From Heterodontus francisci (Eukaryota), in assembly GCF_036365525.1 (NCBI RefSeq), contig NC_090378.1:121505593-121569592 (forward strand): a DNA stretch of 64,000 bases, written 5' to 3'. The notes below the pieces were generated by a model that was not told the origin of the DNA, did no database searches, and worked only from the letters and a program-made list of their open reading frames with translations. A program made the position numbers and the translations under genes. Of the stretch, positions 59,501 to 64,000 are shown piece after piece (within the stretch, counting starts at the first letter, position 1; each line of letters begins with the position of its first letter).

Positions 59501-62395
59501 TCCTGCACTGGCAAATCCCACAGTTATATATAATATAGAATAATGGACACACAGTCCCAGCTCCTGCACTGACACATCCCACAGTAGAAAATAATATATA
59601 ATAATGGACACACAGTCCCACCTCCTGCACTGACACATCCCACAGTTATATATAATATAGAATAATGGACACACAGTCCCAGCTCCTGCACTGACACATC
59701 CCAGTTATATATAATATAGAATAATGGACACACAGTCCCAGCTCCTGCACTGACACATCCCACAGTAGAAAATAATATATAATAATGGACACACAGTCCC
59801 ACCTCCTGCACTGACACATCCCACAGTTATATATAATATAGAATAATGGACACACAGTCCCACCTCCTGCACTGACACATCCCACAGTCATGTAGAATAT
59901 ATAATTATGGACACACAGTCCCAGCTCCTGCACTGACACATCCCACAGTAGAAAATTATATATAATAATGGACACACAGTCCCACCTCCTGCACTGACAC
60001 ATCCCACAGTTATATATAATATAGAATAATGGACACACAGTCCCACCTCCTGCACTGACACATCCCACAGTCATGTAGAATATATAATTATGGACACACA
60101 GTCCCACCTCCTGTACTGACACATCCCACAGTTATATATAATATATAATAATGAACACACAGTCCCACCTCCTGTACTGACACATCCCACAGTTATATAT
60201 AATATAGAATAATGGACACACAGTCCCACCTCCTGCACTGGCACATCCCACAGTTATATATAATATATAATAATGAACACACAGTCCCACCTCCTGCACT
60301 GGCACATCCCACAGTTATATATAATATATAATAATGAACACACAGTCCCACCTCCTGTACTGACACATCCCACAGTTATATATAATATAGAATAATGGAC
60401 ACACAGTCCCACCTCCTGCACTGACACATCCCACAGTTATATATAATATATAATAATGGACACACAGTCCCACCTCCTGCACTGTCACATCCCACAGTTA
60501 TATATAATATATAATAATGGACACACACTCCCACCTCCCGCACTGACACATCCCACAGTTATATATAATATATAATAATGGAGACACAGTCCCACCTCCT
60601 GTACTGACACATCCCACAGTTATATATAATATATAATAATGGACACACAGTCCCACCTCCTGCACTGACACATCCCACAGTTATATATAATATATAATAA
60701 TGGACGCACAGTCCCACCTCCTGCCCCGACACATCCCAGAGTTATATATAATATATAATAATGGACACACAGTCCCACCTCCTGCCCTGACACATCCCAC
60801 AGTAATGTAGAATATATAATAATGGACACACAGTCCCACCTCCTGCACTGACACATCCCACAGTTATATATAATATATAATAATGGACACACAGTCCCAC
60901 CTCCTGCACTGACACATCCCACAGTTATATATAATATAAAATAATGGACGCACAGTCCCACCTCCTGCCCCGACACATCCCACAGTTATATATAATATAG
61001 AATAATGAACACACAGTCCCACCTCCTGTACTGACACATCCCACAGTTATATATAATATATAATAATGAACACACAATCCCACCTCCTGTACTGACACAT
61101 CCCACAGTTATATATAATATATAATAATGAACACACAGTCCCACCTCCTGTACTGACACATCCCACAGTTATATATAATATATAATAATGGACACACAGT
61201 CCCACCTCCTGCACTGACACATCCAACAGTTATATATAATATATTATAATGGACACACAGTCCCACCTCCTGTACTGACACATCCCATAGTTATATATAA
61301 TATATAATAATGGACACACAGTCCCACCTCCTGCACTGACACATCCCACAGTTATATATAATATATAATAATGGACACACAGTCCCACCTCCTGCACTGA
61401 CACATCCAACAGTTATATATAATATATTATAATGGACACACAGTCCCACCTCCTGCACTGACACATCCCACAGTAATGTAGAATATATAATTATGGACAC
61501 ACTCCCACCTCCTGTACTGACACATCCCACAGTTATATATAATATAGAATAATGGACACACAGTCCCACCTCCTGCACTGACACATCCCACAGTAATGTA
61601 GAATATATAATTATGGACACACAGTCCCACCTCCTGCACTGACACATCCCACAGTTATATATAATATATAATAATGGACACACAGTCCCACCTCCTGCAC
61701 TGACACATCCAACAGTTATATATAATATATTATAATGGACACACAGTCCCACCTCCTGCACTGACACATCCCACAGTAATGTAGAATATATAATTATGGA
61801 CACACTCCCACCTCCTGTACTGACACATCCCACAGTTATATATAATATAGAATAATGGACACACAGTCCCACCTCCTGCACCGTCACATCCCACAGTTAT
61901 ATATAATATATAATAATGGACACACAGCCCCACCTTCTGCACTGACACATCCCACAGTTATATATAATATATAATAATGGACACACAGTCCCACCTCCTG
62001 CACCGTCACATCCCACAGTTATATATAATATATAATAATGGACACACAGTCCCACCTCCCGCACTGACACAACCCACAGTTATGTTTATTATATAATAAA
62101 CAGACGGTGTGTTAAAACAGTTGCTTTAATCTCCAGTCTTTTCTGTCTGGGAAATATTTGCTGTTTTGTGCATTGCTGTCACATGTCTGGATCAGAGTGA
62201 TGACACTAACATTTACCTGAACGGTGTGACGAATTGGGAAAGGATGGAGGAGTTTAGAGAGGACAAGGAGCTGCTGTCTTCATCAGTGAGAATTTCACAG
62301 CTCTGGAGAGATGACATTTTGCTTCATTCGAATCTCTCTGGGTTCTGGTAGAGTCGCTTCATGAGCACAGACTAATTATTGCTCATTATTATAGA

Positions 62396-62452
62396 CCCCC
62401 CCCCACCCCACCCCACCCCACCCCAGGTCAGACACCCCAGGTCAGACACCCT
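62396..62452. repeat. C-rich (CCCCA)n tract and short CCCCAGGTCAGACA duplication
   Basis: Directly visible. Confidence 0.8.
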
Positions 62453-62569
62453 AGGCTGCTGCAGTGCAAACCAGTTTCTTCTCATCTAATTGGCCCATGT
62501 TTCCCCAATCAGCATTAAATTAAGAAATGAGTCATAACAAATAAAACTGAAATCATAAATAGAAAGCAA

Positions 62570-62975
62570 ACTGAACAAATTAAAGCCTGATGTTATTTTC
62601 ACTATCCACTACACACTCCTGTCGCGGTGGTGCCCACCGCTGCCTGAAGGCCTCAAGTGACCCAGCAGACACCCCCTGCTCCTTCTCCAGGGTCACCCGG
62701 GTGGGGCCAATGCCATGATAGATAGGCTGGCAGCCAGTGCCACCACCCCCACGGGTCCCATCCAACTCGGGCCTGTGGATGGACACCTTGGCCAGGCCCA
62801 GGAGCAGACCCACGAGGAGGGGCCTCCAACCTGCCCACTCCCCTCTGCACTGGGTGGCCAAAGATCAGGAGCGTGGGCCTGATTTAGAACCAGAGGATGA
62901 GAAGCAGCCCCTTCAAATAATGGAACAGGGGCCACAACCTCTCCCACTCCATGTAGACATGATCCACTGACTCTG
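62570..62975 (-). mobile_element. L1/Tx1-clade LINE ORF2 3' fragment, degraded
   Basis: Minus strand: SVDHVYME.ERL.PLF.YLKGLLL..PTLLIFGHP..LLVGLLLGLAKVSIHR..RVTLEKE..LEAFRQRWAP, like Tx1 ORF2 C-termini. Confidence 0.7.
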
Positions 62976-63224
62976 AAACTCACTGTTTTCAAATGGTCCA
63001 TGAGGAAGACCAGAGTCAGCAACAGAAACATCACATTTACAGAAACACTCCTCCCCTTTTTTCCAGGGCACAGGCAGGTGAGCTCGGTTTGCTGGGAGAT
63101 TTTCATTTTCCAGGAATTGAGTGGCTCCAGGCTTTTCCATCTGATGTGGTGGGAAGAGCAGCTGGAAGATTTATCATCGACAAGTAGAATTCCCAACTTT
63201 CCCAAGCACGGCAGCATGGAATTC

Positions 63225-63622
63225 AGACAGAGAGAGAGAGTGAAACAGAGACAGCAGGAGAGAGAGAGAAACAGAGACAGTGGGAGAGAGAGAATGACAG
63301 AAAGAGAGACAGTGGGAGAGAAACAGAGACAGTGGGAGAGAGAGAATGACAGAAAGAGAGACATTGGGAGAGAGACAGTGGGAGAGAGAGAACGAGACAG
63401 TGGGAGAGAGAGAAAGTGAGAAAAACAGAGACAGTGGGAGAGAGAGAGAGAGAGGGTGAAAGAGTGAGATCGACAGAGGGGACAGAGAGAGACAGAGTGA
63501 GAATCATCCAGCGAGAGAGAGAGCTAGAGTAACAGAGGAGAGAGTCAGAGTGAGAGATAGAGAGAGACAGGGAGAGAAATTCAGAGAGAGAGAGAGCGCA
63601 AGAGGGACACATTGAGAGAGAG
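63225..63622. repeat. GA-rich compound microsatellite (GAGACAGTGGGAGAGAGA-type units)
   Basis: Directly visible. Confidence 0.9.
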
Positions 63623-64000
63623 ATGGCTGCATGTTCCAGTGGACATTGGGACCCTGACGTTGGGCCTATATGAGGGTCCCAAGCCTGCCCATGTCATCAA
63701 CACTCGCCGGGGCAACCCTCTGGGAGGCAGCCTGCTAATTGATCACCTCCACATTCACTGTCCTATTAATGATGGCAGTCTGGCTCTGAGGCTGTAGGCC
63801 CAATCAGAGGGCCTTCAGTGATGTCAGACCGGCTGCCTCACCAGGAGAGGTGGGCCCTGCTGAAACAGGCAGGCGAGGGCCCCTCAACATGAAGATGCCC
63901 TCGGCTGCCTGCAGAGGAGTAATAAAATAATGAGGCCTGAAGCCAGTAGGACCATCAGGTTGGAGGTGGCACCCCTCCACAGGATTATTCATGGGCAGGG

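Larger units (their letters stand above)
9811..62098. repeat. ~52-kb tandem array of a 61-bp unit (roughly 830 copies) with higher-order structure
   Basis: Consensus GGACACACAGTCCCACCTCCTG(C/T)ACTGACACATCCCACAGTTATATATAATATATAATAAT; some 59-60 bp variants. Copy number estimated from length minus insertions. Confidence 0.99.

Noticed and set aside
9919-61948. Many Cys/Tyr-rich minus-strand ORFs (MSVQEVGLCVHYY..)
   Set aside because: They are translations of a 61-bp unit, not a multiple of 3, cycling through frames with regular stops; there is no gene structure.
9811-62098. CRISPR array
   Set aside because: No unique spacers, no cas genes, and a vertebrate context.
9811-62098. Class-switch (S) region
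   Set aside because: It lies next to a light-chain V, the sense strand is C-rich (18 C versus 6 G per unit) rather than G-rich, and the consensus lacks AGCT.
62200-62280. J segment (ATT GGG AAA GGA, I-G-K-G)
   Set aside because: It lacks Phe and the T-x-L motif, is too far from the heptamer-like motif, and has no suitably placed splice donor.
62993-63187. LINE endonuclease fragment (LLGDFHFPGIEW)
   Set aside because: Only one short motif resembles GDFN.P.I.W; too little to call.
62693-63612. Leu/Ser- and Arg/Glu-rich ORFs
   Set aside because: They arise from the GA microsatellite and TE debris.

Overview
Vertebrate genomic DNA, almost certainly from a cartilaginous fish (shark-type Ig kappa V gene, HE1/V-SINE-like SINEs, CR1 LINEs). 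Bases 1-9.1 kb are a nest of decayed transposons: CR1 ORF1, Harbinger transposase, an older CR1-group LINE interrupted twice (by a SINE plus CR1 scrap, and by a younger 1.9-kb CR1), and L2 fragments. At 9.1-9.8 kb is an apparently intact, unrearranged immunoglobulin kappa-type light-chain V gene with promoter motifs, leader exon, 187-bp intron, V exon and a perfect 12-RSS. A few bases after the RSS nonamer a ~52-kb tandem array of a 61-bp unit begins (roughly 830 copies by length, ~9811-62098). Each unit carries two 6/7 RSS-heptamer look-alikes, all in the same orientation as the V RSS. The array has higher-order duplications, four apparently identical co-amplified SINE copies and one RTE LINE 3' end. 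No J or C segment is recognisable in the 54 kb downstream of V. The last 1.9 kb holds a relaxed 23-RSS-like motif, a Tx1-type LINE fragment and simple repeats. The ORFs called inside the array are translation artefacts. All calls are by eye; no database search was run.
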